From Candidatus Wukongarchaeum yapensis (lineage in GTDB: Archaea; Asgardarchaeota; Wukongarchaeia; Wukongarchaeales; Wukongarchaeaceae), in the NCBI GenBank assembly GCA_016840425.1, contig JAEOSI010000008.1, positions 1 to 23,414 of the forward strand: a stretch of 23,414 nucleotides of DNA, written 5' to 3'. Both the position numbers and the translations under genes were made by a program. This document shows positions 1-9,371 of the stretch, piece after piece. The notes under the pieces were generated by a model that did not search any database, was not told the origin of the DNA, and worked only from the letters and a program-made list of their open reading frames with translations. How positions within the stretch are numbered: the stretch's first letter is position 1; each line of letters opens with the position of its first letter.

Positions 1-628
1 CAAACAGTTAAATCTAGATTTTATTGAAATGTTGATAATCGTTTCTGTAGCATTAGTTACAGGAGATGCTGTGTCTAGTGAGTTTGAAAAAAAGACAGAT
101 TTGCTGTTATTCCCAATCCCACAAAGACGCACTTCAATCTTTGCAGGTAAGTATGTTGCAGCATTAATCGCATCATTTTTTAGCGATTTCACTATACTAT
201 CCTGTCAAAGTATTGAAAATAGCGGAGATATACGATGCTTCAGAAATTCCGGCGGAATTAACTAAATCTTACTTAGTAGCGTTACTTTTTGCTGCTAGTG
301 CAGTGAGTCTGGTATATTTCTTTAGTTGTGTTTTCAAAAGATAGATAACATCAACGCTTTTTGGATTCTTCTTTTTGTTGATAATAATACCAATGATAGC
401 CACTGTTTTACAAGTAGTCGATGTTGAACCATGTTATCTTATAACCTATTCTGCAGGTTTGATAACAGTCGTTTTAGGATCCGAAATAACACTTAATGAT
501 CCCGGAGAAGATTACGTTTCTGGAGGTTATCAACCAGATTTATCCTAGGAACCTTGGTTATGACGGCTTACGTGATAATTTTCTTTTTGATCAGTATAGT
601 AATTGCAAATAGGAAAAAAATGGAGTGA
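1..628 (+). pseudogene. ABC-2 type transporter permease, 5'-truncated by window, with three lesions
   Basis: Open from the window start (..SVALVTGDAVSSEFEKKTDLLLFPIPQRRTSIFAGKY.., ABC-2 permease-like). Hydrophobic coding continues after a +1 shift in the T run 176-181 (AISLYYPVKV..), hits in-frame TAG at 342-344 (KR*ITSTLFGFFFLL), and after a -1 shift near 544-545 ends LGTLVMTAYVIIFFLISIVIANRKKME-TGA(626-628). Confidence 0.75.
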
Positions 629-763
629 TTCCTACGGGTAAAACAAAAACTTGGAGTATTCAAAATGAGTAAAATCCTCATACTTTTATTTTTTAAATAA
701 AAATAGACAAAATTGTTTGTTTTTTTCTCCCCTTATGCCTTGTTTTTTCTTGTTTTTTTGTTT

Positions 764-1453
764 TTATGTGAGTTTTTTAATTTTATCTAAAAACCGTTTA
801 CGTATCTCTGGATCTTCTACGATAGCTTTTGCAAAAGCTTCCACAAGTAGCTCTTTATCTATTTGAGCGATCACTCGTTTACGTATCTCTGGATTCTCAA
901 GTATACCCTTAACAAACGCTTCGACCATAAGCTCTTCCTCGATCTGTTCAACACTCAAAGTTAAAGGTGTAACCGTCTCCGCTAAAGGAGACTCATACCC
1001 AGAAGATCCCTCTTTTACAGTCTCTTTCTCTATTTCTGCTAAACGTTCTGAAGGTTTTATGAGGTTCTCTTCTTTAGGCAACAAGTCTGAGGGTTTTACA
1101 AGTCTATCTAACGTCTCTTTTCTCCCTAATCCTCCATCTTTTTGAACGCCCATAGGCACGTTATATCTTGGCTTCGTAAACATCTCATCAAGGAGATCCT
1201 CTTTTTCACCAATTTCAACATGCTTAATCTTATACTTAAGACCTAATCTGGCGTTTAAGTTTGCCGCTGCTTTTCCTGCATCAAAACGTTTTTTGGTCTC
1301 GATATCAGGCCCCTTCCAGCAATATATGACATTGTTTGCATCATTAACAATCAAGACTGCTTCGTCATCTTTTAAGGCGGAAGGGTGTGCTTTTGTCTCT
1401 CTCAACTCTCCGTTAGAGTTTATGGAAAATGCTTTAGTCAATTTCATCGCCAA
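764..1453 (-). CDS. Single gelsolin-like domain protein with low-complexity linker and C-terminal 2x27-aa repeat (Asgard eukaryotic-signature-like)
   Basis: N-terminal ~90 aa fit the gelsolin repeat pattern (AVLIVNDANNVIYCWKG..KKRFDAGKAAANLN..KIKHVEIGE..F). Start is TTG 1453 or ATG 1447. Confidence 0.7.
   Translation of the reverse strand: MAMKLTKAFSINSNGELRETKAHPSALKDDEAVLIVNDANNVIYCWKGPDIETKKRFDAGKAAANLNARLGLKYKIKHVEIGEKEDLLDEMFTKPRYNVPMGVQKDGGLGRKETLDRLVKPSDLLPKEENLIKPSERLAEIEKETVKEGSSGYESPLAETVTPLTLSVEQIEEELMVEAFVKGILENPEIRKRVIAQIDKELLVEAFAKAIVEDPEIRKRFLDKIKKLT
795..894. repeat. Intragenic 81-bp-period direct repeat
   Basis: CGTTTACGTATCTCTGGAT is exact at 795-813 and 876-894. It encodes EELMVEAFVKGILENPEIRKRVIAQID / KELLVEAFAKAIVEDPEIRKRFLDKIK. 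Confidence 0.9.
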
Positions 1454-1656
1454 AAATAACTTACTTATAGTACTTTTTGTTTTTTCTAATCTTAAGTCTT
1501 TTTAAAACCTTAAGATGAGGAATAAAGTTAGGGGGTAACATAATGTTTTTTTTGTCTTCCTTTTAATTTTAGAATAGTTAGCGAAATTAAAACTTTAATA
1601 TGGAAGAATAATTAATTAAAAACAATTATTTCTTTTTTTATGGGTGTGTTGTTGTT

Positions 1657-2403
1657 TTGGCAACAGTTTTTAAAAAACTTGATTTAAAAACGGTAGAACA
1701 CATCGTTTCAGTCCTTGAGAAGCATGGTTTAAAAAGGAGAGAAGAGCTAAGGGAAGACCTTGTACACCGCTTTGATTCTCAAGAGGGTACAGTATCCATC
1801 TTCATAACAAAAAGAAAAGATTACACCTTAGTAATCACGGGCTCAACAGATTTCACCCGTGCAATAACTGATGTCTTTAAAGGTTCAGACAAGTTAAACA
1901 TGACCTCTGAAGAGGTTAAAGCATCCCAAATACATGTAGGTGTCGACGAAGCAGGAAAAACAGATCGCGAACTGTTCGCAATAAGCGCAGTAAGCCTAAA
2001 CCAACATTTAGCCCCGTCAGACTCGAAAAAATTAGCTATCTCCTCCCTTGAAAAATACCGAGCAAAAATCGTGCAAAACTCAAACTTAACCCTAACCATT
2101 ACCCTAAAAAGGCACCTTATAGACAACATAAGAAGCAAAGGATACACCTTTGAAGATATCGTCTTCGACTTCTCAACCCTCCTATCCAAATTCCTAAACC
2201 GCTACGGCATAAACCAGAAAATATTCATAGATGGTGCCTCTCAAGGCCACGAAAATAAAACCTCAACCATAACATACGTGGGCCAAGGAGGCGAACTAAA
2301 AAATAAAAACATCGGGGCAGCATCAATTCTCGCAAGAGAAATCGTTGAAGCAACAAGCCCAAAAAACAAAAAAACAGAACCAAAGAAAAAACTCCCTCCC
2401 TAA
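1657..2403 (+). CDS. rnhC: Ribonuclease HIII-like (type 2 RNase H with N-terminal TBP-like domain), short C-terminus
   Basis: Motifs HVGVDEAGK, DSKKL, IFIDG and GGE..IGAASILAR give a D-E-D-E acidic set. The ~85-aa N-terminal extension (RFDSQEGTVSIF..LVITG) resembles the RNase HIII TBP-like domain. Confidence 0.65.
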   Translation: MATVFKKLDLKTVEHIVSVLEKHGLKRREELREDLVHRFDSQEGTVSIFITKRKDYTLVITGSTDFTRAITDVFKGSDKLNMTSEEVKASQIHVGVDEAGKTDRELFAISAVSLNQHLAPSDSKKLAISSLEKYRAKIVQNSNLTLTITLKRHLIDNIRSKGYTFEDIVFDFSTLLSKFLNRYGINQKIFIDGASQGHENKTSTITYVGQGGELKNKNIGAASILAREIVEATSPKNKKTEPKKKLPP

Positions 2404-2501
2404 AAAAAGTTATTAAGCTTTTAACCTTATACAATATCCTTAACCAAAATCCATTAAGAGATTTAAAATCCTTAAATAATATTTTTTGTTCTTAATTTAC
2501 T

Positions 2502-3896
2502 GTGGGATTATTTATGGAAAACGAGAGGAGTGCTCGTATAAAAGCAGCACGTGTCTCCCTAATAGGCGTAACCCTTCTCCTTATTACTGAAGGCATAGCG
2601 CTGATCATCACAGGAAGCCTCGCGGTCTTTTCCGGTTGGGCCCACTCCCTCATAAACTTAGTAGCCATTATAATCGCATATTTCGGGATATCAGCTGCTT
2701 TAAAGCCTGCTGACGAAGATCATATGTTCGGCCATTTTAAACATGAAAGCCTCGCAACCCTCGTCGAAATAGGCCTATTAATAGCTATCTGCTTCCTAAT
2801 AGTTTATCGCGGTGTTAAGGCTATTATTTATGGAAGCGATCAAGTAGAAGAAGTTCCTTTAGGGATAGGTTTTATGCTGTTCAGCATTTTTGTAGACGTT
2901 GTTGTGGCAATTTATGTTTCAAAAATCGCTTCCAGACTTGAAAGCTCTGCCCTACAAGCATCGGCTATCCACGTATTGACCGATGCCTTAGATCACGTAG
3001 TAATAATAAGCGCCCTAATATTAAACGGCCTTTTCGGAGTTTTGATAGCTGACCCCCTTGCAGCCTTAATAATAACCGCCTTCATCCTCTACACGGGAGT
3101 AACCCTATCAAAAAGCACAATAGCAGAACTTTTAGACGCAGCCCCACCCGGGCTAGCTGAAAAAATCTCGAAAGAGCTGGAGAAAATACCTGAAATCTAC
3201 GATTGTCACGAAGTAAGAGTGAGGAAAGCGGGTCGAAAAACGTTTATAAATCTTCATGTCTCCATAAGCAGAACAACCCCTTTCATCCGCGTTTCTGAAA
3301 TCATAAATCAAGCATACAAAAGAGTACAGGAAATAGTTTCCAACGCAGACGTATTAATCCACTCAGACACAGTAGAGCTTTCAGATGAGTCAATCAGGGA
3401 CAAAATAATCATTTTGGGTGAAAGTTTTTTCGAGGTAAAAGGGGTTCACGATGTCTTTATATGGGAAACAGAAGGAGGCAGAAAAGCTCACATAGAGCTT
3501 CACATAGACTTTGATGATACGATAAAGCTCAAAGAAGCACACGATATTGTTTCAAAAATAGAGGAAAAGATAAGGGAAGAGTTGAGCAAAACCTATCCCG
3601 AAGTGACGATAACTACTCACCCTGAACCTGTAGAAAAGCCAGTAATAGTCAAGCCAAAAGATTTACGATATGTAGAGAACAAAATTGAAGAGGTAGTGAA
3701 AGCCGTACCAGAAGTTAGAGCTATATGTAACATAAAGGCTGCTGAGATAAACTCTAAAATGCACATAGATCTTTGTATAGTCCTGGATAAGGATATGACC
3801 CTTAAAAAAGCCCACGAAATAGCGACAGAAATAGAACAAAAAATTAAAACAAACATTCCAAATGTGGAAAAAGTGCTCGTCCATCCAGAATATTAA
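2502..3896 (+). CDS. Cation diffusion facilitator (FieF-like) with three tandem C-terminal dimerisation domains
   Basis: Motifs KPADEDHMFGHFKHESLA, SSALQASAIHVLTD and DPLAA. Three repeats of the H-(D/E)-V..H(I/L)..D/S..L..AH..I..VxIHxxP pattern follow. Confidence 0.85.
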   Translation: MGLFMENERSARIKAARVSLIGVTLLLITEGIALIITGSLAVFSGWAHSLINLVAIIIAYFGISAALKPADEDHMFGHFKHESLATLVEIGLLIAICFLIVYRGVKAIIYGSDQVEEVPLGIGFMLFSIFVDVVVAIYVSKIASRLESSALQASAIHVLTDALDHVVIISALILNGLFGVLIADPLAALIITAFILYTGVTLSKSTIAELLDAAPPGLAEKISKELEKIPEIYDCHEVRVRKAGRKTFINLHVSISRTTPFIRVSEIINQAYKRVQEIVSNADVLIHSDTVELSDESIRDKIIILGESFFEVKGVHDVFIWETEGGRKAHIELHIDFDDTIKLKEAHDIVSKIEEKIREELSKTYPEVTITTHPEPVEKPVIVKPKDLRYVENKIEEVVKAVPEVRAICNIKAAEINSKMHIDLCIVLDKDMTLKKAHEIATEIEQKIKTNIPNVEKVLVHPEY

Positions 3897-4101
3897 AATT
3901 TTGAACCGTAAATCTTCCACTTTTTAGACTTTTACTTTTTCTATTTTTATGGACTATTTTCAATTTTAAACAAGAAAAAAGCAGAATAAGCCTCTCAAAA
4001 ATCATGGGAAAAATTTTTGCGATCATTTGAGAATAAAGTTTCCGAAAAGACTTTAAAATTGCAAAAGAATTTTTATAAATAAATATAGGTGGGATAAAAA
4101 A

Positions 4102-4719
4102 ACGCGCAAAAATAACGAAACCTCCCAAGAATACAAATTCAAGGCATTAATGGGCGGTGAAGAAGGGATCGGTAAGACCTCCCTCATCCATCGTTGGATT
4201 AACGGAGTCTTCCTCGAGCCCCTAAAAGCAACCATTGGCGTCGCATTGCACATCCATCGCGTGAAAATAGACGGTAAAAAAGTTTCCCTCATCATTTGGG
4301 ACTTGGGAGGTCAACAGCGTTTCCAACAAATGGGAGTCTTCAGAAACTATATAAAAGGCGCTAAGGGCGGCTTTTTAGCTTTCGACCTTACAAACTCCAT
4401 AACCCTTGAAAACCTATCCCGATGGCTAGAACTTTTCAAAAAAGAAATAGATCTAGAAAACCTCCTCCTTCTAGGCACAAAAGCAGACCTCGTAAACGAT
4501 CGAAAAGTAACAAAAGAACACGTGGAAAAGTTTATGGAAACTCACAAAATTGACACTTACATAGAAACTTCAGCTCTAAACGGAAAAAACATCGACCTAG
4601 CCTTTGAAATCCTTATAAAAAAACTCTTAAAACCAAAAAAAGAAACCGCCCACTATAACATCCCGTCAATACCATACAACCAAATAAAAAAGCGAAAAAA
4701 CAACAAAATCTTTTTTTAA
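4102..4719 (+). CDS. Rab-like small GTPase (first ATG 4150; probable true start ACG 4102)
   Basis: G1 GEEGIGKTS, switch I ATIGVAL, G3 WDLGGQQRF, YIKGAKG, G4 GTKAD, G5 ETSAL. The beta1 strand EYKFKAL is encoded in frame upstream of ATG 4150. Confidence 0.85.
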   Translation, partial: TRKNNETSQEYKFKALMGGEEGIGKTSLIHRWINGVFLEPLKATIGVALHIHRVKIDGKKVSLIIWDLGGQQRFQQMGVFRNYIKGAKGGFLAFDLTNSITLENLSRWLELFKKEIDLENLLLLGTKADLVNDRKVTKEHVEKFMETHKIDTYIETSALNGKNIDLAFEILIKKLLKPKKETAHYNIPSIPYNQIKKRKNNKIFF

Positions 4720-5065
4720 AAAACTTTAACTTCTCAACATTAGCACCCCCCCCTCTTTAAAAAACAAAATAACGTAAAAATATATTAAATCCTAATTATC
4801 TGTGAAGCAAAACTAAATATCTTTTTAGTAATGGTTAAGCAAGTTCTTATTTTCTGTATGTATATCTATATACAGGTGATCTAATTGGTCAAAACCATGC
4901 TAGTTTACCCAAAAAAAGAACCAAAAACCATAACTATAACACCTAATATCCGCTTTATAACAATTTAAAAACATCTTCAAAAACAAAATTTCTCTAAGAA
5001 ACTGTTGTAAGTTCATTTATGATTTTTATGAAGGGTTTATATTCTGCTTTTGTGGTAGATTTTGT

Positions 5066-5488
5066 ATGGAGAAAGGGCGGTTTGTGATCCAGGAACATCA
5101 CGCAAGAAAGTTGCATTGGGATTTAAGGCTTGAGATGGATGGGGTTTTAAAGTCTTGGGCTTTACCGAAAACACCCCTTGTGGAAAAGGGAGAGAAGCGT
5201 TTAGCTATCCAAACTGAGGATCATGACTTGAGTTACATAGATTTTGAAGGAGAGATCCCTGAAGGTCTGTATGGGGCAGGCAAAGTAACCGTTTGGGATA
5301 GTGGAAGCTACGAGCTTGAGTCAAGAAAACCGGAAAAACTTGTCTTCATTTTAAAAGGAGAAAAGATGAAAGGACGCTACACCCTCTTAAGATGGAAAAG
5401 AAGAGGAGAAAAAGATTGGTTATTTTTCCGCGCCGCTGACAAACCAAAGAAAAAAGGGAAAAATAAAGAAAACAAAAAAGAAGAATAA
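5066..5488 (+). CDS. Stand-alone DNA ligase D 3'-phosphoesterase (PE) domain protein
   Basis: Motifs FVIQEHHARKLHWDLRLE, LKSWALPK, KRLAIQTEDH..Y..FEGEIPEGLYGAG.V.VWD.G.Y. Confidence 0.9.
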   Translation: MEKGRFVIQEHHARKLHWDLRLEMDGVLKSWALPKTPLVEKGEKRLAIQTEDHDLSYIDFEGEIPEGLYGAGKVTVWDSGSYELESRKPEKLVFILKGEKMKGRYTLLRWKRRGEKDWLFFRAADKPKKKGKNKENKKEE

Positions 5489-5513
5489 AAGAACACTATA
5501 AAACATAAAAGAA

Positions 5514-6860
5514 TTAATCCGGTGGCATTTTAGGCATAAAAGGTATTTGAGCCCCCCGTCTACGACCACGTTTTATCTGCTTAAATATCTTTTTAGACAT
5601 ACGATATTGGGACACAAGGGTTCTTATATCTTTTATACTGGTCCCCGAGCCACGAGCTATACGGTTAATCCGAGATCTGTCCAAAATCTTCGGGTTATCA
5701 AGCTCTTCTTGTGTCATGCTTTGAAGTATAGCCCTAAACTTTTTCATGCTCTCCTCACTCATATCATCAAACCCTGCAGGAAGCTGAGAGCCCAGACCTG
5801 GTATTGAGGAAAGCCAACGAGAAAGACGCCCCATCTTGCTTACCGATTCAAGCTGCATTAAAAGATGACGCAACGTAAACTTTCCAGTCATAAAAGCTTT
5901 AGCCAATTCAGGCTCAGGGGTTATTTCCGCCTCCTTAATCTTTTCAAGGAGACCTTTCATGTCCCCAATATCAAGAAGTCGACCCACAAACCCTGGCGGG
6001 TCAAAAGTCTCCAATTCATCAAGCTTCTCTCCTGTGCCTATATACTTGATCTTAGCCCCCGTAGCCACAACAGAAGAAAGGGCTCCACCACCTTTAGCAG
6101 CCCCGTCAAGCTTCGTAACAATTATGGAACCTATATCAGTAGCCTCATTGAAAGCCTTAGCCTGATTAAAAGCCTGCTGTCCTATCGTACCATCCAAAAC
6201 CAAAATGATTTCATCAGGCTTGATCTTCCCCGTTATCTCCTTCATCTCCTTTAAAAGACCCTTCTCCTCCTTATGACGTCCAGCAGTATCCACTAATATT
6301 ACATCATATCCCTCACCCTTAAACTTCTTAACCCCTCTCTCAGCAACTTTAACAGCGTCCTTCGCATCAGGTTCTCCATAAAAGGAGACCTCAACCCTTT
6401 CCGAAAGCTGTTTAAGCTGATCACTTGCCCCCGGTCTATAGGTATCTGCACAAACAAGGCCTACCTTCAAACCTCTTTTCTTAAGATACCTTGCAAGTTT
6501 TCCCCCCGTAGTAGTCTTTCCAGATCCCTGAATCCCTACAAGCATGTAAACATTAGACCTACCGCTAATGTACCTTAAAGGCTGATAACTCTCCCCCAAA
6601 AAAACAGTCAACTCATCAAAAAGCACCTTAATCACATGCTCACGACGAGTCAAACCTAGAGGAAGCTTCTCCTCAAGCGCCCTCTTCTTCACCCTCTCAC
6701 TCAAAGCTAAAACAAGGTCCACATTAACATCAGCGATCAAAAGCGCCCTCTGAAGATCCTTCACAAACTCCTCAACAGCCTTCTCATCAACAGTAGGACG
6801 CCTAAGCAACTTCCTAAAAGCATTACTAATACCTTGACCCAAGCTACCTAAAAGCGTCAT
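5514..6860 (-). CDS. srp54: Signal recognition particle 54 kDa protein
   Basis: Motifs GIQGSGKTTT, DTYRPGA, DTAGRH, TKLDGAAKGGGALS and M-domain FTLRHL..MGRL. Start placed at ATG 6860 (MTLLGSLG) with GGTG upstream. Confidence 0.95.
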   Translation of the reverse strand: MTLLGSLGQGISNAFRKLLRRPTVDEKAVEEFVKDLQRALLIADVNVDLVLALSERVKKRALEEKLPLGLTRREHVIKVLFDELTVFLGESYQPLRYISGRSNVYMLVGIQGSGKTTTGGKLARYLKKRGLKVGLVCADTYRPGASDQLKQLSERVEVSFYGEPDAKDAVKVAERGVKKFKGEGYDVILVDTAGRHKEEKGLLKEMKEITGKIKPDEIILVLDGTIGQQAFNQAKAFNEATDIGSIIVTKLDGAAKGGGALSSVVATGAKIKYIGTGEKLDELETFDPPGFVGRLLDIGDMKGLLEKIKEAEITPEPELAKAFMTGKFTLRHLLMQLESVSKMGRLSRWLSSIPGLGSQLPAGFDDMSEESMKKFRAILQSMTQEELDNPKILDRSRINRIARGSGTSIKDIRTLVSQYRMSKKIFKQIKRGRRRGAQIPFMPKMPPD

Positions 6861-6979
6861 CCTAAAACAACACCATACAAAAAATAACCCAAAAAACTTC
6901 ACTAAACAAAAAAGGTTGGAGAGCCCGGGAGAAAACAAATTCTCCATCAAATCAGCCCAAGTTTAAAGCCGGATAATAA

Positions 6980-7123
6980 TGGACCCGGCGGGATTCGAAT
7001 TCGCGAACAAGATGCAAAAACACACCCTGTTACCCGCGGCCTCTGGCTAATCCTGCCAAGGATATAAAGAAAAACATCCCTAGTATGCGAAGCCAGCGCT
7101 CTACCAGGCTGAGCTACGGGCCC
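6980..7123 (-). tRNA. tRNA-Ala(CGC) with introns at 37/38 (7085-7049, 37 nt) and 53/54 (7032-7000, 33 nt)
   Basis: Spliced sequence GGGCCCGTAGCTCAGCCTGGTAGAGCGCTGGCTTCGCAAGCCAGAGGCCGCGGGTTCGAATCCCGCCGGGTCCA has a G3:U70 pair and A73. The second intron has a central CGCG/CGCG helix with GG|T and AA|T bulges. Confidence 0.9.
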
Positions 7124-7397
7124 AAAAGATCACACCAACAACAAACCTCAGTTAAACACCAGTAAATCCAAAGCAATACTATAATTTTGATAATTACATT
7201 ATCTATTTTGTTTGCTATTGTAATGATGGATGAAGAGTATTTATAATTTGCCAAAGAAATATTATACTTTGAAACTAATAAAAGTACAGAGAAGATCCTT
7301 TGATAAGGGAAAAATAGGGGAGATTTAAAGGGTTGAAGTCTTCGTATATCTGGGATATATTAGGCGAAATTGCTTCATTTTTTAGGAGACATACAAA

Positions 7398-9269
7398 ATG
7401 CTGAATGTTGAAGATAAGACACAAGATCAACTTATAGATGAATTAGTTGAATTAAGCCAACGAATTGTCGAACTGGAAAAAATAGTAAACCAACATAAGT
7501 GGACGGAGGAGGCGCTGAAGAGGAGTGAGAAGAGATTCAGAGAGTTGACTGAATTATTACCAGAAATAGTTTTTGAAACGGATATAGAAGGGAATTTTAT
7601 ATTTGTTAACCAGGTTGGATTCGATATTTTTGGCTATACTCGTGCAGATTTTGATAAGGGATTGAATGCCCTCCAAATGATCGCTCCCGAAGACCAGGAT
7701 AGAGCTAAGGAGAATATTCGGAGGGTACTAAGCGGAGAAGATTTAGGTATACGTGAGTACATGGCACAGAGGAAAGACGGTAGCAGATTCCCAGTTATTA
7801 TACATAGCTCTTCCATTACTGATGAGGAGGGGAAAACCGTTGGCTTAAGAGGAATTGTTATAGACATCACAGAGCGCAAGAAGACTGAAACGGCACTTAG
7901 GGAATCGGAGAAGAAGTATCGCGACTTGGTAGAAAACATAAATGATGTTATCTATGCTATTGACAAAGATGGTGTAATGACCTACGTCAGCCCTGTCATA
8001 GAATCGATCACTGGATATAGTCCGTCAGAGATCATAGGCTCTCACTCCACAGTTTTTATCCATAAAGAAGACGTGCAACGTATGAGTAAAGCATTTCAAA
8101 AAATCCTTTCTGGACATCTAGAACCGGGTGAATATCGGATTTTAACAAAATCTGGAGAAATTCGTTGGATAAGAACTGACAGCAAGCCGATCTATGTAGA
8201 AAATCAGGTTATAGGGGTAAGAGGAGTTCTAACCGACATTACTGAGAGGAAAAAAGCAGAAGAGGCGCTTAAGGAATCCGAGGATAAGTTCAGAACCCTT
8301 GCAGAACAGTTACCAAACATGATTTTCATCAATAAAAAAGGCAAAATAGTTTATACCAATAAGAAATCCGAAGAGATCATGGGATACACAAAAGATGAAT
8401 TCTATTCACCAAACTTCGACTTTTTAATCTTAGTTGCACCAGAATCTTTAGAAAAAGTAAAACTAGCTCTTAGCAAACACATGAAGGGCGAAGAGGTTGA
8501 ACCATACGATTATACCCTTCTTACCAAAGGCGGAAAAAAAATTGAAGCAATACTAACTACAAAATTGATAAACTATGAAGGCGAAAAAGCCATCCTCGGA
8601 ATAGTAACCGACATTACTGACCGCAAGCGAGCTGAGGAAGCGCTTAAAAAACGGGCAGAAGAGCTGGAAAAGTCAAAAGCTGAACTACAACAGTCATTAG
8701 AAGAACTCTTAAAACGAGTAGAGCTCGAGCATGAGATTTTAATCACACAACCGATCCCCGAAATCGATATAGAAGAGAGAGGATCACTGTTCCTTTACCC
8801 CGTGGATAGAGAAAATGAAGCTTATGCCATCTTCCGCTCAAGAAAGGATGCTAATCGTCCAGCTCTAGCTATTACGCGTACTTTCCCTCCACGCTTCCAA
8901 AGAAAGATTGGTAGAGAAATAGAAATGGTCTGGTTGACCTCCAACCGTGTACCAGAGCTGGTGTGTGTAGACCCATCAGATACTATGACTCTCCTCTTAG
9001 TCATCTCAGAGTTCTTTAAACGTGCACCAGAAGGTGTGATCTTGTTCGAAGGCATCGAGTATATTGTCAGCATTACGGGGTTTGAGAGGTTTTTGCGCAT
9101 CGTTCAACTTTTGAATGATAAAATCGCGATGCTTGACGGAACAATCTATATGATAGTTGACTTGGGAGTACTGAAGGAGAAGGAAGCAAGATACGTCTTG
9201 AGAGAGTCTTTGCAACCCCCCGAAGGTGTAGAGAAAGAAGCAAAGGGTTCTGGAACTGAGCCTCAATAA
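7398..9269 (+). CDS. PAS-PAS-PAS sensor with C-terminal DUF835 (inactive KaiC-like) domain
   Basis: Three PAS/PAC repeats (..DITERKK..EEAL) and an N-terminal coiled coil. C-terminus ALAITR..VWLT..VDP..VILFEGIEYIVSITGFERFL is typical of DUF835. No histidine kinase domain. Confidence 0.8.
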   Translation: MLNVEDKTQDQLIDELVELSQRIVELEKIVNQHKWTEEALKRSEKRFRELTELLPEIVFETDIEGNFIFVNQVGFDIFGYTRADFDKGLNALQMIAPEDQDRAKENIRRVLSGEDLGIREYMAQRKDGSRFPVIIHSSSITDEEGKTVGLRGIVIDITERKKTETALRESEKKYRDLVENINDVIYAIDKDGVMTYVSPVIESITGYSPSEIIGSHSTVFIHKEDVQRMSKAFQKILSGHLEPGEYRILTKSGEIRWIRTDSKPIYVENQVIGVRGVLTDITERKKAEEALKESEDKFRTLAEQLPNMIFINKKGKIVYTNKKSEEIMGYTKDEFYSPNFDFLILVAPESLEKVKLALSKHMKGEEVEPYDYTLLTKGGKKIEAILTTKLINYEGEKAILGIVTDITDRKRAEEALKKRAEELEKSKAELQQSLEELLKRVELEHEILITQPIPEIDIEERGSLFLYPVDRENEAYAIFRSRKDANRPALAITRTFPPRFQRKIGREIEMVWLTSNRVPELVCVDPSDTMTLLLVISEFFKRAPEGVILFEGIEYIVSITGFERFLRIVQLLNDKIAMLDGTIYMIVDLGVLKEKEARYVLRESLQPPEGVEKEAKGSGTEPQ

Positions 9270-9371
9270 CGTCATTCACTTTGCGGTAATCCATGGAAAG
9301 TGAGCAGAGTAATCGTATAAAAGAGGTCCTTGTATCCTTAATAGACATATGATCTTTACTATTATCTTGAG

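Noticed and set aside
342-344. Pyrrolysine readthrough of the in-frame TAG
   Set aside because: The same gene has two frameshifts and no pyl genes are in the window.
6861-6950. 30-aa N-terminal extension of SRP54
   Set aside because: SRP54 similarity begins at MTLLGSLG and an RBS-like GGTG precedes ATG 6860.
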